A DNA stretch of 20,000 bases from an uncultured virus (IMG/VR IMGVR_UViG_3300011862_000002) (Duplodnaviria; Heunggongvirae; Uroviricota; Caudoviricetes), in IMG/VR virus record IMGVR_UViG_3300011862_000002. One strand, given 5' to 3'. Below, piece by piece: positions 1-8,564 of this stretch (positions are counted from its first letter, which is position 1; each line of letters opens with the position of its first letter). The notes under the pieces are model-generated. The model saw only the letters and a program-made list of their open reading frames with translations. It was not told where the DNA came from and searched no databases. Position numbers and translations under genes: made by a program.

Positions 1-822
1 TGCTTGTTTAGCGGCACGTAATCCTGCCATACCTGTTGCCCCCATCATGGCTCCTGATTTAGCACCATCCCAGAAGTCTCCACCTTGCATCGACTCAACA
101 GTACCTCCAGCAAGACCACCGATAGCGGCACCTTGAACGGCACCACGACCGACACCACCCCAGCCCCCGTTTCCTTTGAAACGAGTACCGATATCTTCTT
201 TCATCATGCCTAGTTGTTTTTCTTCGCTCATACCAGCACCAGAACGAGCCCCACCTCCACGAATATGGGTTTCCATACGAGAGGCATTGATTTGGTCTTT
301 ATATCGCTGAACCTGATTGATTGGTTTTAAACGTTCAGCTTCAGCGTTTGCCGCATCGATTCGTTTTTGTTCTTTTCGCTGTTGTCGGTTTTCTTGACGC
401 CGGTCTTTTTTCTTTTGTTTTTTTTCGTCTAAGCGGTCAAAATACTTTTCACGTGCTTCATCTGCTGTTTGCTGACGTGTATTATGGAATTCTTCATAAG
501 CATCTTGACTTTTTTGTGTTCTTTTATACTGTGTTCTTGGATTTTTTGCAACTTCATAATCAGATGGAAGTTGATTAAAAGCACTGTTTTTTGCCAACTG
601 TTCTTCTTGCACAGTTCCTCTAGTACGAACAGTTGGGTTATGACGATTTTGGGCATTTTGATAACTATTAACCCGCCCATTTCGTCCTAACTGTTCATAA
701 TTACTAGGAAGAGAATTGAAGGCACTACTTTCTGCTTGAAAGTTTCTGTTAACATTAACATTACCCTTTTTTAAACTCGCTCCTGATAATTTGCGAGGCA
801 TATGAAAATTAATCTTTGCCAT
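1..822 (-). CDS. Hypothetical protein, 3'-truncated by the window edge; Gly/Ala-rich glycine-zipper-like segment, probably virion-associated
   Basis: Not in the ORF track because it lacks a stop in the window. Open frame from ATG at 822 (AGGAGA SD at 836-831) to base 1: MAKINFHMPRKLSG...GAVQGAAIGGLAGGTVESMQGGDFWDGAKSGAMMGATGMAGLRAAKQA. Internal repeat SAFNSLPSNYE / SAFNQLPSDYE. Confidence 0.85.
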   Translation of the reverse strand, partial: MAKINFHMPRKLSGASLKKGNVNVNRNFQAESSAFNSLPSNYEQLGRNGRVNSYQNAQNRHNPTVRTRGTVQEEQLAKNSAFNQLPSDYEVAKNPRTQYKRTQKSQDAYEEFHNTRQQTADEAREKYFDRLDEKKQKKKDRRQENRQQRKEQKRIDAANAEAERLKPINQVQRYKDQINASRMETHIRGGGARSGAGMSEEKQLGMMKEDIGTRFKGNGGWGGVGRGAVQGAAIGGLAGGTVESMQGGDFWDGAKSGAMMGATGMAGLRAAKQA

Positions 823-835
823 CTATTATTTCTCC

Positions 836-1879
836 TTACTGGAATCTAGAATCGCCCATTTTATAGTGCCCTGTCCGTTGTTCGAACATTTCAAAGGCAA
901 TACTCCCCATGGTCGGGTTGTTGTATCCATAATCCCTATTTTTTTGCTTCTGTTCCCGTTTCTCTAAACGGATTTTCTTTTCCCCGTCGTCTTTGATGTC
1001 TTCAACATCTCCGCTTCGCTTCATCCCATGTAGGGCAGAAAGGACTCCTCCGACAGCGATAACGCCCATACCAATTCTCCCAGCCTTCATCATCTGCTTG
1101 CCTCGTTTGACGACCCGGTCCTCATGGGACAAAGGACCTTTCCCATCTGCCGTTAACGTCCGCTTCAGACGTTCTTCTTTGGTTTCAAGGTTCTTACGCT
1201 TACGGATTTCTTCGCCTTTTTCTTCTCCGTATTTCTTTTTCAGTTCATCAATCTTTTTCTGGTCCCCGGAAGCGGCGGTTTCAAAGCGTTCCGATTGATT
1301 GCGGTACAACTTCTCTTTCTTTTGCGCTTCATCGACACCATCTAAGTATTTCTTTCCTGCAAAGACGGCTCCTGTGATACCTCCAGCGTAGACGGAGGAC
1401 GTAATTAGCGTCGACATCACCGTATCATCATCATTATCAAGGGTGCTGTGTGTGACTCCTAGCTTGAGTCCTAAAGCCGCTAGCGTTCCCACCCGGCTTT
1501 TCCCTGACATTTTATTGATACGGCTTCTGACACCCATCAACGCTTCTTTCCCTGCATTTATTTCTGCTTTTTGCAGTCCTTTTTGCGCTCGACGGTATTG
1601 GTTCCCAGAAACAGAACCTCGTATCGTGCGTTCACCTCCTTTAGGCGGTTCTGGTGGTTTCGGTGGACCTCCCGCCGGGGAACCTCCTTTTTGTTGTTTC
1701 TCAATCTCATGGGCACGATGATAGACATTATAATTTGGAAAAGCCCCTAGGAATTCATCGAGTTTAAAAGCGGCAGGAGGTGTAATTATCTTTCCGCCAT
1801 TAACCTTTGGGGATTTCTTTGGCTTTTTTTCAAAGTCATTGATTATATCTGGGATAGTAGGTTTTTCGAACTCACTCAT
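836..1879 (-). CDS. Hypothetical protein (347 aa), charged with short Gly/Ala hydrophobic stretches, possibly virion/ejection protein
   Basis: Long ORF, overlaps the upstream stop (ATGA coupling at 1876-1879), co-directional with neighbours; function is inference only. Confidence 0.85.
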   Translation of the reverse strand: MSEFEKPTIPDIINDFEKKPKKSPKVNGGKIITPPAAFKLDEFLGAFPNYNVYHRAHEIEKQQKGGSPAGGPPKPPEPPKGGERTIRGSVSGNQYRRAQKGLQKAEINAGKEALMGVRSRINKMSGKSRVGTLAALGLKLGVTHSTLDNDDDTVMSTLITSSVYAGGITGAVFAGKKYLDGVDEAQKKEKLYRNQSERFETAASGDQKKIDELKKKYGEEKGEEIRKRKNLETKEERLKRTLTADGKGPLSHEDRVVKRGKQMMKAGRIGMGVIAVGGVLSALHGMKRSGDVEDIKDDGEKKIRLEKREQKQKNRDYGYNNPTMGSIAFEMFEQRTGHYKMGDSRFQ

Positions 1880-2604
1880 TCGTTATCAGCTTCTTCAGGT
1901 AGTCCTTCTCCTAGTAATTCATCCAAGTAATCGCCGTCGATGATTTCACCCGGCGCCGCATTGATTTCTTTCAACAAGCTTGCCGCATAACTCGATGGGT
2001 CCATGCTGACTTGGACTTTTGCACCACTCTTATCTTTACGGGTACTGTTCATCAGTTCTAATACCTTATGACGTTTATTCGTAATCTTCTCTTTGTATTC
2101 GGTTGCCTTCGAGAGTTGTTTGTTTGTGATTTCGTCGCCATTCTCTGTGACAGTGACTACAACGTCCTCAACGAAGTCGCCATCGATTGCCATCTTGTTC
2201 TCTGCTCGCATGAGCTGAACATCGTAGTCAATGAGGTCTTTAATAAGAGACATATCAACGAAGTCATCGTCACTGGCTCCAAACTCTTCTTTATAGTCCT
2301 CATAGCGTGTCATAATCAATGAGATTTCCAATGGACAGCGTTCCCCGGTCGGGTCATACCCTTGGTCTAGAATTGGACAGACGGACGCATACTGGCATTC
2401 CTCGCCTTTACAGAGCATAGGAATAGAAGCATACATACCATGTTTCGTCTTATTCATCGCAACACCGAACTTAATCGCTTCAATGCCTTTCTCACTAATC
2501 TTCCATGAAGACGGTAATGCTTCTTTCTTGATGTTCATATACTTCTTAGGAGCTAACAAAGAGAGCTCTTCTTTACGTTTTTGTTGTTCTTCCACGTTCA
2601 ACAT
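1876..2604 (-). CDS. Putative terminase small subunit-like protein with a Cys cluster
   Basis: KHGMY motif, Cys cluster CKGEECQYASVCP...RCPLE, helical middle, LELMNSTRKDK near the C-terminus, and first position in a leftward operon, all reminiscent of small terminase subunits. The true start may be GTG at 2595 given SD spacing. ORF is secure; the function is tentative. Confidence 0.5.
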   Translation of the reverse strand: MLNVEEQQKRKEELSLLAPKKYMNIKKEALPSSWKISEKGIEAIKFGVAMNKTKHGMYASIPMLCKGEECQYASVCPILDQGYDPTGERCPLEISLIMTRYEDYKEEFGASDDDFVDMSLIKDLIDYDVQLMRAENKMAIDGDFVEDVVVTVTENGDEITNKQLSKATEYKEKITNKRHKVLELMNSTRKDKSGAKVQVSMDPSSYAASLLKEINAAPGEIIDGDYLDELLGEGLPEEADNE

Positions 2605-2792
2605 CCTTTCTTTTTCCTGACCTTTTTAGCACGCTACGGTCTAGGGTTACCATTCATTTATGAATCGAATTTTTACAGGATTATTTTCCTGACATTTGTG
2701 CTTATTACGGTCTGATGCCTAAGCATAGAGAAGTTCTGCCTGAAATGTAACCATTTATGCGTCAAATCTCAAGAGAAAGTGCTGAAGACGGC

Positions 2793-2832
2793 AAAAAGAC
2801 GAAGCTCCGGGTTAGATATCTCCGGCTTCGCC
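2793..2832 (-). terminator. Probable intrinsic terminator for the small leftward genes
   Basis: Minus strand reads GGCGAAGCCGGAGATATCTAACCCGGAGCTTCGTC followed by TTTTT. Confidence 0.55.
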
Positions 2833-3042
2833 TACTACTAGGGTAATGAAGTTCTAGTACTTCTCTCTCTATAGAGGTATCTCCCTATAGACTCTTATTA
2901 CTCTCTACTCCTATTAGATAAGGGATAGGAGGGCTAACGCCCCACATACAAAGAGTATGTTCCCGCCGCCAACTGGTTTTTCTATAGGGACTCTGTACTA
3001 ATCAGGTCTTTCTCCCTGTCTCTCTTACTCTCTTAATAAGTA

Positions 3043-3150
3043 TTACTTGAAGATGTCGGTGATTAAGATAAAACAGGTGACGCCGCCGACACTTCCCATT
3101 CCAATTAACATCAATTTAAACAAGGTGATGTCTTTGAGTCTTTCTTTCAA
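3043..3150 (-). CDS. Small membrane protein (35 aa)
   Basis: Below the ORF-track cutoff. TTG start after GGAGTGAG SD; MKERLKDITLFKLMLIGMGSVGGVTCFILITDIFK, one hydrophobic helix. Confidence 0.6.
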   Translation of the reverse strand: MKERLKDITLFKLMLIGMGSVGGVTCFILITDIFK

Positions 3151-3156
3151 GGGAAC

Positions 3157-3336
3157 TCACTCCTTTAATAAGCAAAGGACGGCTCCATGGATACAGAAGA
3201 ACCCTATCCAAAGGAATACCGCCCGCCACTTCGATATTTTCGCGGGATTTTCCTCTAAGACGTAAATAGACGTCTCTTGATAGAGATAAAATACACTACA
3301 TATCAGAAATACACCATACCAGTCATACATTGTCAT
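3157..3336 (-). CDS. Small membrane protein (59 aa)
   Basis: Fills the gap between neighbours; MTMYDWYGVFLICSVFYLYQETSIYVLEENPAKISKWRAVFLWIGFFCIHGAVLCLLKE, two hydrophobic segments; weak SD. Confidence 0.55.
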   Translation of the reverse strand: MTMYDWYGVFLICSVFYLYQETSIYVLEENPAKISKWRAVFLWIGFFCIHGAVLCLLKE

Positions 3337-3342
3337 CGAATC

Positions 3343-3630
3343 TTAAGCACTGACCACTTCTTGTGGTGCTTTTTGGGCTTTTTCGCGGGTATACCGCATT
3401 CTCTTAAATTGAATGTAATAGATAAAGGCAGAATGCTCTTTTTTCCATCCGACAATCTCAATATCAAAGAACTCATAGTGGGTTCCTTCATAATTAAAGA
3501 ATAAATCTTCTAAATCTCCGATTAACCCGCCGACATCGATGCGATGCATGTACAATAAGACCCCATTTGACTCATCTGGCTTCTTTTGGTACCGAACATC
3601 GAACGCATCATCCAACAACACACTCATCAT
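3343..3630 (-). CDS. Hypothetical protein (about 95 aa)
   Basis: ORF coupled to the upstream stop codon; AGGTGA SD-like sequence upstream. Confidence 0.7.
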   Translation of the reverse strand: MMSVLLDDAFDVRYQKKPDESNGVLLYMHRIDVGGLIGDLEDLFFNYEGTHYEFFDIEIVGWKKEHSAFIYYIQFKRMRYTREKAQKAPQEVVSA

Positions 3631-3818
3631 TTAGCTTCACCTACCTGACGTGCCCGTAATACGCTATCTACAGCGTTTGAACAGGTCCCGCAAAGTCTTA
3701 CTATCTCTTGACTCTCTTCAATCTTATACGACGTGTAGCGGCTTCTTAACACCGTATCACAGGAAGCACAGCGGCGCCCTTCGATGACGGCAAAATGTAA
3801 ATGAACAGACTCTTTCAT
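3627..3818 (-). CDS. Small putative zinc-ribbon protein (63 aa)
   Basis: CASC and CGTC pairs; GGAGAGGAG SD upstream. Confidence 0.7.
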   Translation of the reverse strand: MKESVHLHFAVIEGRRCASCDTVLRSRYTSYKIEESQEIVRLCGTCSNAVDSVLRARQVGEAK

Positions 3819-4255
3819 GACTATGCTCTCCTCTCCTATCCTGTTGTCTCAATCCTCTAGTTGTCTTGCCTTTATCCTATCATCTCCTATCAATAAATAC
3901 CATATTTTACTTCCTAACTTGTGCCTTATCACTCTTATTTTTTAATTAAATTTTATTTTGAGAATGTGTGTTTGTGTTTTAGAGGGGAGGGGTCTTTATT
4001 TCCGCCCACCCCCCCTTAGAATGTGGGATTTTATCGTGCTCTTAGCGGGTGGAGATGGAAACTGGGAGAGATGGAGGAGAAAAGATAGCAAGCCCGAACA
4101 CTTTGTCAGCGGCACGGAGCAAGAGTCGAGAAAAAGGTTACATATGGTGGAATTGACAAAAAATTCTCAGCGGCATGGTAAGTGTATATGGATAAAGTGG
4201 ACATCTTTCGGCGCCCACCCCCATCTACGAATATGAATAGGAGGTGTTCATTATT

Positions 4256-4831
4256 ATGAACCCGATGCACGAAGCAATCTATGACTCTCTCCAGAGTCAC
4301 AAAGAGGACATGGCCAGTCTTCTTGGATTGAAGCTTCCTGTCAAACTTGAGGTTTGGTTTGACGAAACATCAGGAGGCTTTTTAGCAACACAACCAATGG
4401 AAGTACAAGGCCTACACTTCCAACCGTCACTAGCATTCCCTATGCATACAGTATGTGTGCGTATGAGTGGGGATGTAGTAGATGTTATCAACTCATTAGC
4501 TCATGAGATGCGTCATGCGTATCAGTATGAGAATGGGTTGAACGAGCATGTAGTACGTAATAAGCTACATGCATTTGTAGTTAATACTGTAGCTAAGGTG
4601 AATAAAGATGTCGCCGCACTACAGTATGTGAACAAATGGGTAGAGGTAGACGCACGTGTATATGCCGCATGGTATGTATCTGGTGCTGATACAGAATGCC
4701 CATATGTACCGATGATAGAGGATATGCGCGCCCTCTATCCACACCTCAGTGATGGGGAGTTGCGTGTATTACGTACACGTATGGCATATGAGTATGAACG
4801 TACTGGTATGCCTAACGATGTCATCAACTGA
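4256..4831 (+). CDS. Zincin-like metallopeptidase-motif protein (HExxH)
   Basis: LAHEMRHAYQ plus downstream EVDAR as a candidate third ligand; start moved to ATG 4256 behind AGGAGGTG SD. Confidence 0.75.
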   Translation: MNPMHEAIYDSLQSHKEDMASLLGLKLPVKLEVWFDETSGGFLATQPMEVQGLHFQPSLAFPMHTVCVRMSGDVVDVINSLAHEMRHAYQYENGLNEHVVRNKLHAFVVNTVAKVNKDVAALQYVNKWVEVDARVYAAWYVSGADTECPYVPMIEDMRALYPHLSDGELRVLRTRMAYEYERTGMPNDVIN

Positions 4832-4917
4832 CATCCTGTATTGGTAGCACTCGCTTATATAGGGGTGTAGGCAATAGGGCACAGATAGTGCATGAGCCAT
4901 AGAGGGGAGTAGTTGTC

Positions 4918-5109
4918 GTGTCAGTATTAGTATTCAAGCAGGTAGGTGTATACACGTACGTATACACAGGCAATCAAGATGTTGAGCTTGAGGTAGGTAT
5001 TATCGACCTATTCAAGCAACAGTATCCTGACAAAGGGTACTGTTTGTACGATGTAGTAGTAGATGGTGAGGAGATTATCCTCATCGCCTATCCTACATCG
5101 GAGTATTGA
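4918..5109 (+). CDS. Hypothetical protein (63 aa)
   Basis: GTG start after GAGGGGAG SD. Confidence 0.7.
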   Translation: MSVLVFKQVGVYTYVYTGNQDVELEVGIIDLFKQQYPDKGYCLYDVVVDGEEIILIAYPTSEY

Positions 5110-5115
5110 CCAGTA

Positions 5116-5258
5116 TCCCTATATAGGTAGGCCCTCATATGGAGGGGTGCTTATATAGGGTGCTGTATATGGGTGCCTCTATATAGGGGTGCCTATAGCA
5201 AGGCCTCTATATAAGGCCCTCTATAGAAGGGGGTCTATATAGGGGGTGTTATATAAGC
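5116..5258. repeat. Array of about 10 degenerate quasi-palindromic units, consensus near GGGGTGCCTCTATATA
   Basis: CCCTATATAGG, CCCTCATATGGAGGG, CTTATATAGGG, CTGTATATGGG, CCTCTATATAGGGG, CCTATAG, CCTCTATATAAGG, CCCTCTATAGAAGGG, TCTATATAGG, TTATATAAG in tandem; one outlier TTATATAGGGGTG near 4855. Confidence 0.85.
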
Positions 5259-5328
5259 CGGTCTTGGCGAGGACCTTAAACTACGACATCGAGGGCGCTC
5301 ATACGCAAATTGAAAGGGGTAATTAATC

Positions 5329-8300
5329 ATGAAAACAGCAACAGCAACAGTAAACGCATTGGCAACAGAAGTAGCAGTAGCGAAAGCACGTCTTGTTGAA
5401 TTGCAAGATGCTTCAATCCGCGTTTCAAAACGCGAAAAGAAAGTCGCTAAAGCTGTCTTGCGTGTACGTCGCGCAGAGAAAGCGCTTAAGAAAGGGGTCT
5501 TGACTGTGAAAACAGCTGAGAAGAAAGAGCGACGTGCAAGCAACAAACAAGCACGTCAAACAGCCTTGGCACCGGCTCAAAAACGTGCTCGTCAACTTCT
5601 TTTGATGTTGACGCAAATGGCAGAAGTGGAAATCCCGAACTTCTTGTCACAATATAAGCTTGGTCTTCGTATCCAATTCTTCGCAAAAGCACCAAAAGCG
5701 AAGTTTGAGAAAGCGAAACCAGCAAAACAACCGAAAGGACGACTCTCTATTGCTGAGTTGTTCAAACGGTCTGGCTTGAAGAAAACGACAGGTCCGAAGA
5801 AACCGTCGTTCAACTTATCAGCCGATAACGTGAATCTTGCATTCTTCGATGCAAAAGGCAAATTCACGAGCCTTGAGCCTAAAACACTCAAGCACCTGTT
5901 GAAAACAGATGACATGAACCAGTTGACAATCGATGAGTCGGTTCAATTGTTCATGTTCCTACGTGGTTCTACACGCGTAGAAGATTCTGTCATGAACGAG
6001 AATACACTCGTTCAACGCAACAGTGAAAGTATGTTGGTCCGTGATACGGCGAAAGTCTTAACGACATTCCCTATCACAAAGAAAGACCCGTTAAACCGGG
6101 AAGATGTCATCGTCCAAGAAGTAGAAGGATATGACAACACGAAGCAACTCAACCTCAAAGTATCACTTGTGGTTGAGAAGCTGACAAACATCTTCACATC
6201 AAGCACTGTCGTCAATCAATTTGGCACAGTGTCGGAAGATGCGCTTGATGCTCTTATCAAGAACACTATCTTAAACGGTGTGCTCTTGCTTGATGAGAGT
6301 CAGAAGAAAATCAAGGTCTTTACCTTGAACAGTGCGGCTCCTTCCCAAACGCGTAAGGGAGAGGCGGCATTTTGGCAATACGGAGAGCAAGAAGGGTATG
6401 CAAACATGCATAAACTCTTGTTCAACGAAGCCGCACGTTCGCTTGCGGTGTATGGCCGCTTTGTTGCAACGTATCGTATGCATGAATACGGTAAATTGAA
6501 CAAAGCAATGAACAAACGGGTCTTCAAAATGGATAAAGACCCTAAGCGTACAGACATGCCAGCGTCTGGTTCGCGTCCATCGAATGTGATGGGCAAATTG
6601 TTCGGTCAGCTTGAAATCACAGACCGCTTCCCTTATCAAGATGATGAGAACAAAGATAAAGAGGGAATCGAGCTAACATCTGTCAATAAAATGATGGGTG
6701 GCGTTAAACGTAACATCCTTATCATCGAAGACCCTATCCATCTTGTTCGTGCGACTGCTAAGGTCGTCAACAAATTGGATGAAGCAACAGGGAAACCGGC
6801 GATTACTACTGTTACACGAGACTTCGAAAAGAACCTCGTTGACGGTGGTATCTTGGTGTCTCCTGAAATCACTCAATTCCTTGTAGCTGAAGGGATTTTG
6901 GAGCATGAAGGACAATCGTTCCAAGGACGAGGTGTCGCCGGTGTTAAACCGTTCGCATACGGTACACCAATGCTTAAAGAAGAAACAGGATATGACATGA
7001 TTCTTATGTCTGGTGCGTTGAAACTTGACGTGCTTCCTGCTTTGCTCGAAGGACGCTTCGAGTTCGCGGTCGTACAAGGGTCGCGTAAAGAGTTCAAAGA
7101 GGATATCGCGCCTGTAGCAACACAGGCTCTTTTGGCGACAGGAACGCCGAAGAAGAACCTCAAACGTCTTCACCAGATTTCAAAAGGACGCATTCAAGCA
7201 TCGTTGTTCTCTGCATCGAAAGCTTTGAAACTCCTTGGTGTTACAGACGAGTTCGATGAGTCAAAACTCGAAGAGTTAGATGCGAACGAAGAGTTCAATG
7301 ACATCATCGAAGGAGAAACAGGTGTCAAAGCCGTTCTCAAACAAGCACCACGTGCACTGAAAGATGGTGTACAGAAACAACGCCTTGCGAGTCTCTTGAC
7401 GAAATCACTTGAGAAAATCGTATTAGGTAACGTCTTGGTTGACGACGCTAAGATGCGTCATATGGGCTTTGACATCTTCATGGTGATGTCAGCGGTGAAG
7501 TCCATCAACCGTCAACGTAAAGAAGGCGTCGCAGTACCGAAGATGGAATGGGTACCGTCTATTCCAGCTGGCTGTGCAGTCGTTGTCGATGCAGATGGCA
7601 ACTTACGTGTAGGAGAGTTCATTGCCGCACGTTATCCTGCATTGAAACGCGAAGAGATTCGTAAAGTCTTCGCAACCGACAAGTTCGGCTCAGAAGAAGC
7701 ACGAGCTTACTATGAGAAAGCCGCGAAAATGGGCTTCTTCAAAGGACTCGTGTTGTTTAACTCTGTTGACATGACAACAGAGGCGATGTCAGGGGCTGAC
7801 TTCGATGGAGATACATGTCTTGTCATCTTCAACTCGTTAATGGTTCAACCATTCGAGAACAAGACACCAATCCTCGATTTCTTCATCACTGAGAGTGGTG
7901 CCATTAAAGGCGGATGCCCGTGGGCCGCACCGAAAGAAGCAGTCAACTTACGTCGCTTCGTTGATATCCCAGAAGGCCTTGAAGTCGTACAACGTACAGA
8001 CGAAAACGGTCGCACATGGGAGCTTGAATTCAACGAAGAAGATGTATTAAACCGTCCACAAGACGTGTACTATGTCTTCAACCGGATGGCGGCACTCCAC
8101 ATCGTCGAGACTTCAAAAGCATCATCAATCGGTTTGTGGACGAACCGTTTAATGAACATCGAAGACATCCAGCTTGAGATTCAAGCAGAGTACGAACTAG
8201 CTGTTCGTCTTCAGCATGCAGAGAAGCAACGTTATCTTCTTGCAGAAGGTCGTTTCTACGATGACCTCGCAACATGGTTAACGTGTGTTGTCCGTTGGGC

Positions 8301-8439
8301 AATCGATGAAGCAAAACACGGTGGTGCGTTCGCTCGTGAGTTAACACACGTGCTCAGCGTATTCACAGATGCTCCATCGCCAACGAAAGTCCGCGAAGAT
8401 ATCAAAGCAGGTATCTTCAAAATGGGTCGTATGTTCTAA
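5329..8439 (+). CDS. Single-subunit two-barrel RNA polymerase of the YonO / eukaryotic RNAi RdRP-like family
   Basis: Motifs in the order of the cellular RdRP family: DGGILVS, FQGRGVAGVK, ARYPAL, GLVLFN, MSGADFDGDTCLV (catalytic DFDGD at 7798-7812), SIGLWTN, AIDEAKHG. AAAGGGG SD. About 160-aa Lys/Ala-rich N-terminal extension. Confidence 0.9.
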   Translation: MKTATATVNALATEVAVAKARLVELQDASIRVSKREKKVAKAVLRVRRAEKALKKGVLTVKTAEKKERRASNKQARQTALAPAQKRARQLLLMLTQMAEVEIPNFLSQYKLGLRIQFFAKAPKAKFEKAKPAKQPKGRLSIAELFKRSGLKKTTGPKKPSFNLSADNVNLAFFDAKGKFTSLEPKTLKHLLKTDDMNQLTIDESVQLFMFLRGSTRVEDSVMNENTLVQRNSESMLVRDTAKVLTTFPITKKDPLNREDVIVQEVEGYDNTKQLNLKVSLVVEKLTNIFTSSTVVNQFGTVSEDALDALIKNTILNGVLLLDESQKKIKVFTLNSAAPSQTRKGEAAFWQYGEQEGYANMHKLLFNEAARSLAVYGRFVATYRMHEYGKLNKAMNKRVFKMDKDPKRTDMPASGSRPSNVMGKLFGQLEITDRFPYQDDENKDKEGIELTSVNKMMGGVKRNILIIEDPIHLVRATAKVVNKLDEATGKPAITTVTRDFEKNLVDGGILVSPEITQFLVAEGILEHEGQSFQGRGVAGVKPFAYGTPMLKEETGYDMILMSGALKLDVLPALLEGRFEFAVVQGSRKEFKEDIAPVATQALLATGTPKKNLKRLHQISKGRIQASLFSASKALKLLGVTDEFDESKLEELDANEEFNDIIEGETGVKAVLKQAPRALKDGVQKQRLASLLTKSLEKIVLGNVLVDDAKMRHMGFDIFMVMSAVKSINRQRKEGVAVPKMEWVPSIPAGCAVVVDADGNLRVGEFIAARYPALKREEIRKVFATDKFGSEEARAYYEKAAKMGFFKGLVLFNSVDMTTEAMSGADFDGDTCLVIFNSLMVQPFENKTPILDFFITESGAIKGGCPWAAPKEAVNLRRFVDIPEGLEVVQRTDENGRTWELEFNEEDVLNRPQDVYYVFNRMAALHIVETSKASSIGLWTNRLMNIEDIQLEIQAEYELAVRLQHAEKQRYLLAEGRFYDDLATWLTCVVRWAIDEAKHGGAFARELTHVLSVFTDAPSPTKVREDIKAGIFKMGRMF

Positions 8440-8464
8440 GAATCAAATCGTAACAGCGAATGTG

Positions 8465-8489
8465 GAGGGGTGAGATGCCCTCTTTTTTT
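8465..8489 (+). terminator. Probable intrinsic terminator after the polymerase gene
   Basis: GAGGG-GTGAGATG-CCCTC followed by T7. Confidence 0.55.
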
Positions 8490-8564
8490 GTTGATTATTT
8501 ACTGCCAACAAGACGGAAAATACCGTATGAGGCCCTGCACATGCAGGAGAACAGGGGAAAAATC

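Noticed and set aside
2605..2790. Late promoter motif (TTTTCCTGAC occurs twice) upstream of the putative terminase gene
   Set aside because: Only two copies in one intergenic region; cannot be separated from chance without the rest of the late region.
4153..4184. SigA promoter with a perfect TTGACA
   Set aside because: No TAnnnT -10 box at 16-18 bp spacing; too weak to call.
3958..4300. ORFs 3958-4236 (+) and 4106-4300 (-)
   Set aside because: No SD and atypical composition; they lie in the divergent control region.
8440..8564. Frameshift or readthrough fusing the polymerase to the next ORF
   Set aside because: The downstream ORF has its own SD and ATG at 8565, a terminator-like hairpin intervenes, and no slippery site was seen at the polymerase stop.
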